Assembly: GCF_056712565.1 (NCBI RefSeq)
Contig: NZ_CM160072.1
Length of the DNA: 64,000 nt
Strand: one strand, 5' to 3'
Every line of letters starts with the position of its first letter. Within the stretch, counting starts at the first letter, position 1. The translations under genes and the position numbers were made by a program. This document shows positions 38,508 through 50,867 of this stretch, piece by piece. The notes beneath the pieces were generated by a model. It was not told the DNA's origin and did no database searches. It was given only the letters and a program-made list of their open reading frames with translations.

Positions 38508-39653
38508 TTATGATGAGAACTCCTGGCGAATTTGTTCCCCATGCTGGTCGAGCGTTGCCGCTCCCGGCATAACATGCGGGTCCGCGCAGCCGCTGATTTT
38601 TATCGGATTACCCGGCATCATTATTCCCCCGGCTTCAATCAACATATTTCTCGCCTGAGTTTGTGGTAAATTAATGGCCTCAGCCACACTTAATAACGGC
38701 GCGACGGGCACACCAACTTCATGTATTCTGGCTAACCAAACTTCAGCTGCCTGCGTTTTTAACGTCCGCTCAATATATTGTTTAAGAATAGCCTGGTTTT
38801 GTACGCGTAAAATATTGCTGCTAAATCGGGGATCATTAACCAGTTCTGTAAGCTCCAGTGCCTGGCATAACACAGAAAAAAGCTTGTCATTACCACAACA
38901 AATCGTAATCGGCTTATCCTGAGTATCGAAAACATCAAAAGGTGCCATGTAGGGATGGCGATTTCCCAGGCGTTGTGGTGACTTCCCAGTCGCGATATAT
39001 GCCATCAGTCCATGCTCCAGAAAACTCAGAGTGGCATCAAACATCGCTATATCGACATGCGCCCCTCTCTGGCTCTTTTCGCGGCCATAAAGTGCACTCA
39101 CTATTCCACTGAATAAATAAACACCGCCACAGAGATCCGCAAGAGAGGTACCAACGCGCACTGGCGGAGCATCAGGGTATCCTGTTTCCATCATTATCCC
39201 GCTCATTGCCTGAATGATGGTATCGTAGGCAGGAGCATCTTTTAGCGGACCGGTATGTCCGAAACCTGACGATGAAGCATATATAAGGCGCGGGTTGATT
39301 TCTTGTAGCGTTTCCCATGAAAACCCCAGTTTTTCCATTGTACCTGGGCGAAAATTCTCAGCTAATACATCCGCTTGTTTAAGCATATTTATAAATATAC
39401 TTTTATCGTGATCATTCTTTAAATCAAGAACCACACTCTCTTTGCCATGATTAATAAAACTGTAATAGAGTGACTGTCCATCCACATAGGGACCAAATGT
39501 GCGGGTATCATCACCATGACCCGGCGGCTCAACTTTAATTACCCTTGCACCCATATTACAAAGAAGTTGAGTTCCGAAAGGCCCATTAAGGACATGCGTC
39601 ATATCGATAACTAATAAGCCTTCAAACGGCCCTTTGCATTCATTATTTGTCAT
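38508..39653 (-). CDS. yfdE: Acetyl-CoA:oxalate CoA-transferase (family III)
   Basis: ORF matches recalled YfdE; start at internal ATG (381 aa). Confidence 0.85.
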   Translation of the reverse strand: MTNNECKGPFEGLLVIDMTHVLNGPFGTQLLCNMGARVIKVEPPGHGDDTRTFGPYVDGQSLYYSFINHGKESVVLDLKNDHDKSIFINMLKQADVLAENFRPGTMEKLGFSWETLQEINPRLIYASSSGFGHTGPLKDAPAYDTIIQAMSGIMMETGYPDAPPVRVGTSLADLCGGVYLFSGIVSALYGREKSQRGAHVDIAMFDATLSFLEHGLMAYIATGKSPQRLGNRHPYMAPFDVFDTQDKPITICCGNDKLFSVLCQALELTELVNDPRFSSNILRVQNQAILKQYIERTLKTQAAEVWLARIHEVGVPVAPLLSVAEAINLPQTQARNMLIEAGGIMMPGNPIKISGCADPHVMPGAATLDQHGEQIRQEFSS

Positions 39654-39726
39654 TTGCTTATGCCTTGAAAAAAGCCGAAGGTGAAAAGACACTTCGGCAT
39701 TTATGTAAAATCAATAACATGATTAA

Positions 39727-40671
39727 TTATGAAACCAGTCGACTGACATAAATCCACAAAGGAGCCGTGACGACAAAACCCAGTACGCTCACAGCCAATG
39801 ACGCTGTACCAGTGCGGGTGTAGACATTAAACCGGCTGGCAATAATGATTCCGGAGAATGCCGGCGGTAATGCGCCTGCCAGTACCATCATCTGCAAATG
39901 TTCGCTATTCAAATGACATGCCATACCTACGAGAAGCAGCGCCAGTGGCATCAGAATCAGCTTCAGGAAAGTGTTATAAGCAATTTCGGCACTGAACTCG
40001 AATTTATGTGCAGCCAGAGTCAACCCCGCAGCGAATACCGCTACCCCTGAGTTAGCCTTCGCAATCAGATTAAAGGTTGGGTCCCATGCTGCCGGAATTT
40101 TTACCCCAACCAGCACCAGGATCGTTGCCAGAACAGGTGCCCATACTACTGGCTCCTTTGCCGCAGAAATTAATGCGCTCAGATTACTATTCTTCTTACC
40201 ATCCGCTCCTGAGGAAGGATTCAGCAAATACAGACCAATAGGAATAGTAATTGCGTTAACAATAATAGAAATAATTGCTACCACTAAACCTGTTGATACG
40301 GAATCACCATAAATAGGGTCGAGAACTGCAAACCCCAGGAATCCGATGGTAGGTGAGCCTGCAATTAATGCACATACTGCTGCTTCTGCATGGGTACGTT
40401 TAAAAAATTTGTAGCAACCAAACCAGGAGAAAAAGAAACATCCGACAATAACCACAAGTGATACAAGGGTCAGGCGAGTGTCCGCAAAAATCATTTCCCT
40501 GTTTGCCCGGGTAATAGAAACAAATAGGGCCGCAGGAAGAGCGTAGTTTAATACCAGTTTATTAAATGCCCGAGCTTGATCTTCTGAAAAAGTTTCTCGT
40601 CTGCCGCTAAAATAACCCAACAGCATGATTACGATAATAGGCAATAAATCGCCAATAAAAAATGTTAGCAT
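39727..40671 (-). CDS. yfdV: Putative transporter (AEC family)
   Basis: 314-aa polytopic membrane ORF between yfdE and oxc. Confidence 0.85.
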
Positions 40672-40740
40672 AATAGTATTTCCGATAAGGGTCCCCTCAC
40701 CATCGCATAATAAGTTGGCAAGAGGAGACGATGTCAGTAT

Positions 40741-42435
40741 TTAATTACCAGCGACTTGTTTTGGGTTAAGTTTGGTAATATGGCCACTTTCAGTTCCTGC
40801 TGCTGGGTCGATGACCACATTAATAATGGTCGGTTTGCGCGACTGAATTCCGGTGGTTAAAGCATGACGAAGTTCATCTGTCGTGGTGACGTTATAGCCA
40901 AGGCCACGAAACGCATCCATTAATTTGTCATACCTTGCATGGTGCAACAGATCCGTTGGCGATGGTGCACCAGCGCCGCTGAGATCAACACCGTCTCCTC
41001 TGTAGATGCCGCCATTATTAAAAATAACGATCGTCACCGGCAGGTTATATCGACAAATCGTTTCAATCTCCATCCCACTGAAACCAAAAGCACTATCACC
41101 TTCAATAGCGACAACCGGAGAACCAGAGGTCACGCTAGCACCGATGGCATAGCCCATACCGATGCCCATGACACCCCAGGTGCCACAATCCAGACGACGA
41201 CGTGGTTTATACATATCAATAATATTTCGTGCATTATCCAGGGTATTTGCCCCTTCATTAACTAAATAAATATCCTGGTTCTCGCGCAAAACATCGCGCA
41301 CGGCACTCAATGCATTAAAGTAATTTAATGGTTGGGTATCTGTACTTAACTTTTCATGCATTTTTTGTGCATTTTGCTGCTTGTGGATATTTAAAATATC
41401 GCGCCACACCAGTGGAGTCGTAAATGTGTTTTGTTTCAATTCTGCCAGCATACCTTGCATACTGGATGCAATATCGCCAACGACTGGCACAGCAATGGGG
41501 CGGTTGCTGTCAATTTCCTGCGGTTCAATATCCAGTTGAATAAACTGTGTATCTGCCGCCCATCCTTTTTTACCGTGTGCCAGTAACCAATTCAGTCGTG
41601 CACCAACAAGCATGACAACGTCAGCATTTGCCAGGGCAAACGAACGCGCAGCTGCCGCAGAAAGTGGATGCGTATCTTCGAGGATCCCTTTCGCCATAGA
41701 CATTGGCAGGAATGGAATCTGGGCACTTTCAATAAATTCACGAAGCTGTTCATCAGATTGTGAATACGCCGCGCCTTTGCCAAGGATAATTAATGGTCGT
41801 TCAGCTTTTGCTAAAAGCGAAATTGCGCTAGTGACTGACTTCGGGCATGGCAATAATGCTGGCGACGGATTTTCAACTTTAACAATCGTGGTTAACGCTT
41901 CGTCTTTTTCCATCGTCGCGGCCAGGACATTTGCTGGCAAATCAAGATAAACACCGCCAGGACGACCCGATACTGAGACCCGGATAGCGCGTGCCAATGC
42001 AATGCCAAGATCCTGCGGCTGATTAACGCGAAATGCTGCTTTGGCATACGGTTTTGCCGCATTCATTTGGTCCAGCTCTTCATAATCACCTTGCTGGAGA
42101 TCGACGATCGCGCGGTCGCTGGAGCCGCTAATCATGATCATCGGAAAACCATTTACCGTTGCATTGGCCAATGCGGTCAAACCGTTGAGGAATCCTGGCG
42201 CAGACACTGTCAGGCAGATCCCTGGTTTTTGGGTAAGAAAACCGCTTGCTGCAGCGGCATAGCCTGCCGACTGCTCATGACGAAAACCAATATAACGAAT
42301 GCCTTCCGCCTGGGCATGGCGCGCCATATCCGTCACAGGAATACCTACAACACCATAAATAGTGTCAATATTATTCTGTTTTAATGCTTCAACGATGATA
42401 TGCATACCATCTGTCATTTGAAGTTGATCTGACAT
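40741..42435 (-). CDS. oxc: Oxalyl-CoA decarboxylase (ThDP-dependent)
   Basis: 564-aa ORF with ThDP-binding motif (GDSAFGFSG...NN). Confidence 0.95.
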   Translation of the reverse strand: MSDQLQMTDGMHIIVEALKQNNIDTIYGVVGIPVTDMARHAQAEGIRYIGFRHEQSAGYAAAASGFLTQKPGICLTVSAPGFLNGLTALANATVNGFPMIMISGSSDRAIVDLQQGDYEELDQMNAAKPYAKAAFRVNQPQDLGIALARAIRVSVSGRPGGVYLDLPANVLAATMEKDEALTTIVKVENPSPALLPCPKSVTSAISLLAKAERPLIILGKGAAYSQSDEQLREFIESAQIPFLPMSMAKGILEDTHPLSAAAARSFALANADVVMLVGARLNWLLAHGKKGWAADTQFIQLDIEPQEIDSNRPIAVPVVGDIASSMQGMLAELKQNTFTTPLVWRDILNIHKQQNAQKMHEKLSTDTQPLNYFNALSAVRDVLRENQDIYLVNEGANTLDNARNIIDMYKPRRRLDCGTWGVMGIGMGYAIGASVTSGSPVVAIEGDSAFGFSGMEIETICRYNLPVTIVIFNNGGIYRGDGVDLSGAGAPSPTDLLHHARYDKLMDAFRGLGYNVTTTDELRHALTTGIQSRKPTIINVVIDPAAGTESGHITKLNPKQVAGN

Positions 42436-42488
42436 GATTAATAACCTCGAAATTTTTATAAATTGGGAGCCAGAAGCCCCCGTTAATA

Positions 42489-43739
42489 TCAGATGGCGTG
42501 GTTTTGCTTCATTGCAGCAATTTCATCGTCGCTATAACCCAGCTCCTGCAATACAGCAGCGGTATGTTCACCTAATAGCGGCGCAGCTTTAATATCCGGC
42601 GTAAAGGCAGAGAATTTCATTGGACAACCAACTGTCAGATATTTTCCACGCAACGGTTGTTCCACTTCGACAACACTGCCACTTTGGCGCAAAGAGGGAT
42701 CAAGTGAAATTTCTTTCATACTTAAAACCGGTGCACAAGGAATATCAAACTGAGTCAAATAGGCCACCGCTTCATGTTTATCAATAGTGACAGTGTATTT
42801 TTCGATTTCAGCAAAAATATCGAAAATATGTGGCTGTCGGGCATGGGCTGTACTGTATGCCGGATCGGTAATCCATTCTGGTTTGCCGATGGCTTTACAG
42901 GTGTTTTCCCAATTTTGCTCCTGAATAGTGAAATAAATATAGGCGTTAGGATCGGTTTCCCAGCCTTTACATTTCAGGATCCAGCCAGGCTGACCGCCCC
43001 CACCCGCATTACCACCGCGGGGAACTGCATCACCAAATGTGCCATTCGGATACTGCGGGTATTCTTCCAGATAACCCAATTTATCGAGACGCTGCTGGTC
43101 GCGTAATTTCACGCGGCAAAGGTTCAACACGGCATCCTGCATTGACATGGTGACTCGTTGCCCACGCCCCGTTTTTTCGCGATGCAGCAAAGCAGCAAGT
43201 AAACCGATCAGCAAATGCATTCCGGTGTTGCTGTCACCCAACGCTGCAGCGCTTACCAGCGGCGGACCGTCCCAAAAACCTGTAGTAGATGCCGCGCCAC
43301 CCGCTGCCTGAGCAACGTTTTCATAGGCTTTTACATTCACATAAGGCGAACACTCATCAAACCCTTTGATCGAACCAAAAATCAGACGTGGATTGATTTC
43401 TTGAATATGCTCCCAGGTGAAGCCCATATGATCAATGGCCCCTGGATGAAAGTTCTCGACTAAGATATCAGCTTCGCGGATCAGCTTTTCCATTACCTCT
43501 TTGCCTTCCGCTGTTTTGGTATTTAATTCAATAGAACGTTTGTTACTGTTAAGCATGGTGAAGTAAAGCGCATCGATATCAGGAATATCTCGCAGCTGGT
43601 GGCGCGTTACGTCACCAACGCCGGGACGTTCAATTTTAATGACGTCAGCGCCAAACCAGGCCAGCATTTGAGTACAAGATGGGCCAGATTGCACACCGGT
43701 GAAATCGAGAACTTTAATTCCTTGAAGTGGAGTTGACAT
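42489..43739 (-). CDS. frc: Formyl-CoA:oxalate CoA-transferase
   Basis: 416-aa family III CoA-transferase ORF upstream of oxc. Confidence 0.95.
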
Positions 43740-44250
43740 AGCAATACCTATTAGTTAATTAAATATGTGTTAATTTAGCGTTTATTTAAGGCATAACGCC
43801 TCTATAAATAATCTGCAAAATATCGTCGTAGCTGCACTCGAAATTTTTAAATTCCTGTATCAAGTGCTGAAAATCATTTCATCGCTACTTCCAATTCCTT
43901 TCTGCATGGTAAGTAGTGAGGACGAAAAGAAGAATATAATAAATATTGGCTCGCGGTAATCAGAGAGAGCCGCGACATTTGTGATGTTATTCTTACAACT
44001 GTAAGAAGTGTCAGTGATTTACAAGTAAGGTTATGATTACACTATTTAAAGCGTACCATAAAATATAACATAACAAATGATTTGTGATAATATGGGATTA
44101 TTGCGGTTTACTTTGAGGAAGATAAAATGCGAGTTTATAGAACCGCGAGCGCCAAATAATTTTATGACCACAACCTGTCGTATTGTGGTCATAAAAAATT
44201 GTCGACTGGAGGGAGTTAAATCCTTTACCTCAATATATTGCCTGTCAGGT

Positions 44251-44886
44251 TTAGTTCACAAACAGTGCTTCGCTATCAACGATGATTCCATCTTCCGCAC
44301 CTTTAAGCGCCAGGTTTGCCTCGTAGTATTGCTTTTTATCAAGCAGTTTCTGCGCATCAGCAAGTGCATTACGAGTCTGTTTAAGCGGCATCAAATATTG
44401 GTTTTCCATTACACCAACACCGGCCAGGCGAAGCTCTTCCATTGCCCCCTTTTTATCCCCTTTCGCCATTTTTTCGTTGGCAATTTTTATCGCGGCTTCT
44501 TTTTCGGGGGTTGCTACATAACTCTCAGAAATTCCGACAGATGCATTAATGACAATATATTGGTCATCATTGACGTTGGTCTTTTTACCTAGCTTAGCGA
44601 ACTTTGCCCATTCGGTACTATCATCTGACAGCAAAGCGGAAGCTTCATTGGTCAGTTCTTTTGCCTTTTCCGGATCGCCATGAAACAGAGCCAGGCGCGC
44701 TACCTGCACGTCACGCATCGCATATAAACCTTGTTCAGAGATACGCTCTGCTGCCGCTGCCGTTTTCTGGGTTTGCTGAACTTGCTGAGTTTGCTGTTGT
44801 GCCGCTACCGGTGCATTATCAGCAGCCCATACAGTTGAAGATGCCAGAATTGCTGTGACCATCGTAGCCATAATTAAACGTTTCAT
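44251..44886 (-). CDS. yfdX: Periplasmic protein YfdX
   Basis: 211-aa ORF with signal peptide; K-12 synteny. Confidence 0.85.
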   Translation of the reverse strand: MKRLIMATMVTAILASSTVWAADNAPVAAQQQTQQVQQTQKTAAAAERISEQGLYAMRDVQVARLALFHGDPEKAKELTNEASALLSDDSTEWAKFAKLGKKTNVNDDQYIVINASVGISESYVATPEKEAAIKIANEKMAKGDKKGAMEELRLAGVGVMENQYLMPLKQTRNALADAQKLLDKKQYYEANLALKGAEDGIIVDSEALFVN

Positions 44887-45181
44887 ACTTACCTCATTCT
44901 TTAACAGTTTTAGAAAACGCCGCCATCATATTGGGTGAGCATGAAATGAGAAATCAGAGAGCAACGGACATTTTGAAAGGGTTATCTTACAACTGTAGTT
45001 ATTATCGCAAAGCGGCATTTAGTCTTACAGTTGTAGGAATATGCTTCCTGTCACAGAGAACTATTCTTATATACCAAAAAGAGATGTCATTTATTATATC
45101 GATGTAAATACTGATTAATTATATGTAAATACAGCAATAACGTCGTAGGTTTTCAGTGAACCATTTTCAGGATAACTTTCT

Positions 45182-45457
45182 ATGAAAGTAAACTTAATGC
45201 TTTTTAGCTTATTTTTATTGGTCTCTATTATGGCATGCAATGTTTTTGCATTTTCTATTTCTGGTGGTGGTAGTGAGGCGAGCTATAAAGAGACAGAAAA
45301 AACGTCAGCGATGACGACAACTCACTCTACAAAAATTCAGCCATCACAGGCGATTTTGTTAAAAATGAGAGAAGATGCGCCACCATTAAACCTCACAGAA
45401 GAAATTCCGCCCCCTTTTCCGACAAAGGCGAATTATCTTATCCATCCTGTGCGATAG
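45182..45457 (+). CDS. ypdI: Lipoprotein YpdI
   Basis: 91-aa ORF with signal peptide and lipobox (MAC); K-12 synteny. Confidence 0.7.
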   Translation: MKVNLMLFSLFLLVSIMACNVFAFSISGGGSEASYKETEKTSAMTTTHSTKIQPSQAILLKMREDAPPLNLTEEIPPPFPTKANYLIHPVR

Positions 45458-45533
45458 CGTCTGTCACACGGCAGGTGAACAATCATGTCTGATGCTGATG
45501 TGAACACCTGCCCAAATGAGCCATCCTGACCCA

Positions 45534-45776
45534 CTATCGCCTGCCATACCCCACCATAAAGCGAATCATCAAGCCACAAGCCGGGGCAAGAAACATAAAT
45601 ATCCCCGTCACTAGTTCATTACCGCCAGTTAACCACATGGTGAAGTAGTAAATGAGTGCAGCGAGGATCACCATGCCGAAGAAAGAAGAGACCGCCGATA
45701 TCATGTTCAGTACCTGACCGATGTATCCGCTTACGCAGACAATACACAGGGCGAGAAACATCCATAAATAAATCAT
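45534..45776 (-). CDS. yfdY: Small membrane protein YfdY
   Basis: 80-aa hydrophobic ORF; K-12 synteny. Confidence 0.7.
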   Translation of the reverse strand: MIYLWMFLALCIVCVSGYIGQVLNMISAVSSFFGMVILAALIYYFTMWLTGGNELVTGIFMFLAPACGLMIRFMVGYGRR

Positions 45777-46128
45777 AGCTCAACCTCCTGCCGCGCTAAA
45801 AAACCTGTAACTTCAGTCACTTTAATAGTAAGACAATCCTTAACCTCTGGCAATTTTTGCTAAGCATCAATGAAAACAGCAAGTTAAATGCAACGCTATT
45901 GCGTGCGGAAAACTTTTTACTTTGCACGATTAATAATCAGTAGCTGAAAGCAGTCAGCGAGTGATAAAGTACAGATACCGCATTCATGCTCCTCGTGGTT
46001 ATGTCCTGACTAGTCTTTACACTCTTTACAGGAACCATTGTCGTACATGATGGCCTAATCAATTGAGTGTACCGCTGTCGACATGGAATCTTCTGCGATA
46101 CAACAATTCGTATCTACAGAAGGTAACT

Positions 46129-47049
46129 ATGTTTCCAAAATGCAAATTTTCCCGCGAGTTTCTGCATCCTCGCTACTGGCTCACGTGGTTTGGGCTTGGT
46201 GTACTCTGGCTTTGGGTACAGCTTCCTTATCCTGTTCTCTGCTTTCTCGGCACGCGTATCGGCACAATGGCGCGACCATTCCTGAAACGTCGTGAATCTA
46301 TCGCCCGTAAAAACCTGGAACTTTGTTTCCCGCAGCATTCTGCGAAAGAGCGCGAGAAGATGATTGCCGAAAACTTTCGTTCACTCGGCATGGCGCTGGT
46401 AGAAACCGGCATGGCGTGGTTCTGGCCCGACAGTCGCGTACGTAAATGGTTTGATGTGGAAGGGCTGGATAACCTTAAACGCGCACAAATGCAAAATCGC
46501 GGCGTAATGGTTGTCGGCGTCCATTTTATGTCGCTGGAACTGGGCGGTCGGGTGATGGGACTTTGCCAACCAATGATGGCCACCTATCGCCCGCATAATA
46601 ATCAGCTGATGGAATGGGTGCAGACCCGTGGTCGCATGCGCTCTAACAAAGCGATGATCGGCAGAAATAATCTGCGCGGTATTGTCAGTGCACTGAAGAA
46701 AGGTGAAGCGGTATGGTTTGCTCCCGATCAGGATTATGGTCGTAAAGGCAGCTCCTTCGCGCCGTTCTTTGCGGTGGAAAATGTCGCCACAACCAATGGC
46801 ACCTATGTCCTCTCTCGTCTCTCTGGCGCAGCCATGTTGACCGTAACGATGGTAAGAAAAGCGGATTACAGCGGATATCGTTTGTACATCACCCCAGAGA
46901 TGGAAGGCTACCCGACAGATGAAAATCAAGCCGCTGCCTATATGAACAAGATTATCGAGAAAGAGATCATGCGCGCACCGGAGCAGTACCTCTGGATCCA
47001 CCGTCGCTTTAAAACGCGCCCGGTGGGTGAATCGTCGTTATACATTTAA
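46129..47049 (+). CDS. lpxP: Lipid A palmitoleoyltransferase (cold-induced)
   Basis: ORF matches recalled LpxP from internal ATG (306 aa). Confidence 0.9.
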   Translation: MFPKCKFSREFLHPRYWLTWFGLGVLWLWVQLPYPVLCFLGTRIGTMARPFLKRRESIARKNLELCFPQHSAKEREKMIAENFRSLGMALVETGMAWFWPDSRVRKWFDVEGLDNLKRAQMQNRGVMVVGVHFMSLELGGRVMGLCQPMMATYRPHNNQLMEWVQTRGRMRSNKAMIGRNNLRGIVSALKKGEAVWFAPDQDYGRKGSSFAPFFAVENVATTNGTYVLSRLSGAAMLTVTMVRKADYSGYRLYITPEMEGYPTDENQAAAYMNKIIEKEIMRAPEQYLWIHRRFKTRPVGESSLYI

Positions 47050-47404
47050 CAAACGGCTCTCACTCTTTCCCTCCTCAAATCAGCCATAATAACCTCATGG
47101 TTTTTATGGCTTTTTTCTTAAGGTTTTTTCCTTCGCTGAATATCTAATTATTACCGTCAGAAATTAAACTGTCGCCGATATGAGACACCTGTAAGTTACT
47201 AAAAGTAAATAAGAAAATGCCTCTTGTCTCGTTTCAGTTTTAGGCGTACATTAGCGCCGTCTCGAGCAGTTTAGCTCAGAATTCTGGGATGATGCCCACG
47301 GTAAAATACAGGACGTTTAAGGTCGTTTTGCCCGGTGTCAACTCACTGTATCAGGTGTAATAAAGTCATTCAGGCGTAACAGTAGTTACGCGGAGAGATG
47401 TAAA

Positions 47405-47476
47405 GTGAAATATTTCTTTATGGGCATTTCTTTTATGGTCATCGTTTGGGCCGGTACTTTTGCCCTGATGATCTAA
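47405..47476 (+). CDS. ypdK: Small membrane protein YpdK (23 aa, GTG start)
   Basis: Own translation (M)KYFFMGISFMVIVWAGTFALMI with GGAG Shine-Dalgarno; matches recalled K-12 YpdK. Confidence 0.5.
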   Translation: MKYFFMGISFMVIVWAGTFALMI

Positions 47477-47540
47477 AAGCAAACTGTGCAATGAAAAACA
47501 GGAGCCATCAGGCTCCTGTTTGCATTTCTGGCGATGGTGT

Positions 47541-48779
47541 TTATTCCGCGTTTTCGTGAATATGTTTGCTGCTGGCAGGTAGTAAACCGTCGGCACGGAA
47601 CATCGCTTTAATCCCACGAATCGCCTGACGAATACGGTCGCGGTTTTCAATCAGTGCAAAGCGCACATGCGTATCGCCGTAGTCGCCAAAGCCAATCCCT
47701 GGAGAGACACAGACCTTCGCTTCGTTAAGCAATTTCTTGGCAAATTCCAGCGAGCCCATGGCAGCATACGGTTCCGGGATTTTCGCCCAGACATACATCG
47801 AAGCCTTCGGCATTTCGACCATCCAGCCCGCTTCATGCAGCCCTTTCACCAGCACATCACGGCGGCGTTTGTACTGTTCGGCAATATCGCGCACGCACTG
47901 TTGATCGCCCTCCAGCGCCGCAATAGCCGCCACCTGCAACGGCGTAAAGGTGCCGTAATCGTGATAGCTTTTAATACGTGCCAACGCGCTGACCAGCGTT
48001 TTGTTACCGACCATAAAGCCGATACGCCAGCCCGCCATGTTGTAGCTTTTCGACAGCGTAAAGAACTCGACCGCCACGTCGCGTGCACCTGGCACCTGCA
48101 TGATTGACGGCGCTTTCCAGCCATCGTAGACGATGTCCGCATAGGCCAGGTCGTGGACCACCAGCACATCGTAGCGTTTCGCCAGCGCCACAACCTTTTC
48201 GAAGAACTCCAGCTCCACGCATTGCGCGGTTGGGTTCGACGGGAAGCCGAGGATCATCATCTTCGGTTTCGGATAACTTTCGCGAATGGCGCGTTCCAGT
48301 TCGTTGAAGAAATCGACACCTTCCACCAGCGGCACTGAGCGTACCTGCGCCCCGGCAATCACCGCGCCGTAAATATGAATGGGGTAACTTGGATTCGGCA
48401 CCAGCACTGTGTCACCGTGATCCAGTGTCGCCAGCATCAGATGCGCCAGGCCCTCTTTCGAACCAATAGTGACGATGGCTTCTGATTCCGGGTCGATTTC
48501 AACGTCGTAGCGATCCTGATACCAGCGGGAAATGGCGCGACGTAACCGCGGAATGCCGCGTGAAGTGGAGTAACCATGCGTGTCCGGGCGCTGGGCCACC
48601 GTACATAATTTTTCGACGATATGCGGCGGAGTCGCACCGTCCGGGTTACCCATACTGAAATCGATAATATCTTCGCCGCGCCGACGCGCAGCCATTTTCA
48701 GTTCAGCGGTAATGTTAAAAACGTAGGGCGGGAGACGATCAATACGCGTAAAGCGACGTTCAGGGCGAGTGTCAGCCAT
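47541..48779 (-). CDS. alaC: Glutamate-pyruvate aminotransferase AlaC
   Basis: 412-aa PLP-dependent aminotransferase ORF; K-12 synteny. Confidence 0.9.
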   Translation of the reverse strand: MADTRPERRFTRIDRLPPYVFNITAELKMAARRRGEDIIDFSMGNPDGATPPHIVEKLCTVAQRPDTHGYSTSRGIPRLRRAISRWYQDRYDVEIDPESEAIVTIGSKEGLAHLMLATLDHGDTVLVPNPSYPIHIYGAVIAGAQVRSVPLVEGVDFFNELERAIRESYPKPKMMILGFPSNPTAQCVELEFFEKVVALAKRYDVLVVHDLAYADIVYDGWKAPSIMQVPGARDVAVEFFTLSKSYNMAGWRIGFMVGNKTLVSALARIKSYHDYGTFTPLQVAAIAALEGDQQCVRDIAEQYKRRRDVLVKGLHEAGWMVEMPKASMYVWAKIPEPYAAMGSLEFAKKLLNEAKVCVSPGIGFGDYGDTHVRFALIENRDRIRQAIRGIKAMFRADGLLPASSKHIHENAE

Positions 48780-49155
48780 AATTTCCTCAGATTAACGTTA
48801 GCGCCCGGACCGTCCGAGCGACGTCGCCACGATGGTGGCTGTTTTGAAAATAGCCTGATTAATTTCTGTCTGTCCAGCGTTTTAGAACATTTTTATCAAT
48901 GGCTTTAAATGAGGAACTCCACTTCAAAAACAGGAAATTTATCTACGCTAACAAGAAAATTACCACTCATTTTATTAACATTATAATTTCAATAAATTTA
49001 CCAACCAGATGTGCATTATCAAGAGATGCATTGCTAATACACCATTTATCTTTCAATCCCCTTTTAAAATTGTGGTTTTTCCTCAAAAACGGCCTGCTGG
49101 TCATCAGCCTTCAGGTTACCTATCATAGAGGTTTAATCCTTATTCAGAGTCACCC

Positions 49156-50853
49156 GTGCACGAAATATTCAACATGCTGCTGGCGGTCTTCGATCGGGCC
49201 GCGTTAATGCTTATCTGCCTGTTTTTTCTCATCCGTATCCGCCTGTTTCGCGAACTGTTGCACAAGTCGGCACACTCACCGAAAGAGCTGCTCGCCGTTA
49301 CCGCCATTTTCTCGCTGTTCGCCCTGTTCAGCACCTGGTCCGGCGTTCCCGTAGAAGGCTCGCTGGTGAACGTACGTATTATCGCGGTGATGTCAGGCGG
49401 AATTCTGTTTGGCCCGTGGGTGGGCATCATTACCGGCGTGATTGCGGGTATTCACCGTTATTTAATTGACATCGGCGGCGTAACGGCGATCCCCTGCTTT
49501 ATCACCAGCATTCTGGCGGGTTGTATATCGGGCTGGATCAACCTGAAAATCCCCAAAGCACAGCGCTGGCGCGTCGGTATTCTCGGCGGCATGTTGTGTG
49601 AAACGTTGACCATGATTCTGGTGATTGTCTGGGCACCAACTACCGCATTGGGGATCGATATCGTCTCTAAAATCGGGATTCCAATGATCCTCGGTAGCGT
49701 CTGTATCGGCTTTATTGTGCTGCTGGTGCAAAGCGTTGAGGGCGAAAAAGAGGCCAGCGCCGCGCGGCAGGCCAAGCTGGCGCTGGATATCGCCAACAAA
49801 ACGCTACCGCTGTTTCGCCATGTCAATAGCGAGTCATTACGCAAAGTTTGTGAAATTATTCGCGATGATATTCACGCCGATGCGGTGGCGATGACTAATA
49901 CTGATCATGTGCTGGCCTATGTCGGCGTGGGTGAACACAACTATCAGAATGGCGATGACTTCATTAGCCCGACTACCCGACAGGCGATGAATTACGGAAA
50001 AATCATCATTAAAAACAATGATGAAGCCCACCGCACACCAGAGATTCATTCCATGCTGGTGATCCCATTGTGGGAGAAAGGCGTTGTGACCGGAACGCTG
50101 AAAATTTACTACTGCCACGCGCATCAGATAACCTCGTCATTACAGGAAATGGCGGTCGGTCTGTCACAAATCATCTCCACGCAACTGGAGGTTTCGCGCG
50201 CTGAGCAGCTGCGTGAAATGGCAAATAAGGCAGAGCTTCGCGCCCTGCAAAGCAAAATTAATCCCCATTTTCTGTTTAACGCTTTGAACGCTATTTCATC
50301 GTCAATCCGTCTGAATCCGGATACTGCTCGCCAGCTGATCTTTAATTTGTCGCGCTATCTGCGCTATAACATTGAATTAAAAGACGATGAGCAAATCGAT
50401 ATCAAAAAAGAGCTGTATCAAATTAAAGACTATATTGCCATTGAGCAGGCCCGCTTTGGCGACAAGCTGACGGTTATCTATGATATTGATGAAGAGGTGA
50501 ATTGCTGCATTCCCAGCCTGCTGATCCAGCCGTTGGTGGAAAACGCCATTGTCCACGGTATCCAGCCTTGCAAAGGTAAAGGCGTTGTCACCATCAGCGT
50601 TGCAGAGTGCGGTAATCGGGTACGCATTGCGGTGCGAGATACCGGGCACGGCATCGATCCAAAGGTGATTGAGCGGGTCGAAGCGAACGAAATGCCGGGC
50701 AATAAAATTGGCCTGCTGAATGTCCATCATCGCGTGAAGTTATTGTATGGCGAGGGGCTGCATATCCGCCGCCTGGAACCAGGAACGGAAATTGCGTTTT
50801 ACATTCCTAACCAACGCACCCCAGTCGCCTCACAGGCTACCTTATTGCTTTGA
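49156..50853 (+). CDS. ypdA: Sensor histidine kinase YpdA (LytS-type)
   Basis: 565-aa ORF with 5TM-LytS sensor, GAF and His-kinase domains. Confidence 0.9.
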   Translation: MHEIFNMLLAVFDRAALMLICLFFLIRIRLFRELLHKSAHSPKELLAVTAIFSLFALFSTWSGVPVEGSLVNVRIIAVMSGGILFGPWVGIITGVIAGIHRYLIDIGGVTAIPCFITSILAGCISGWINLKIPKAQRWRVGILGGMLCETLTMILVIVWAPTTALGIDIVSKIGIPMILGSVCIGFIVLLVQSVEGEKEASAARQAKLALDIANKTLPLFRHVNSESLRKVCEIIRDDIHADAVAMTNTDHVLAYVGVGEHNYQNGDDFISPTTRQAMNYGKIIIKNNDEAHRTPEIHSMLVIPLWEKGVVTGTLKIYYCHAHQITSSLQEMAVGLSQIISTQLEVSRAEQLREMANKAELRALQSKINPHFLFNALNAISSSIRLNPDTARQLIFNLSRYLRYNIELKDDEQIDIKKELYQIKDYIAIEQARFGDKLTVIYDIDEEVNCCIPSLLIQPLVENAIVHGIQPCKGKGVVTISVAECGNRVRIAVRDTGHGIDPKVIERVEANEMPGNKIGLLNVHHRVKLLYGEGLHIRRLEPGTEIAFYIPNQRTPVASQATLLL

Positions 50854-50867
50854 GCCGGAGTGATATT

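Noticed and set aside
44077-44592. 171-aa plus-strand ORF overlapping yfdX
   Set aside because: Antisense to yfdX, AT-rich chance frame; K-12 has no gene here.
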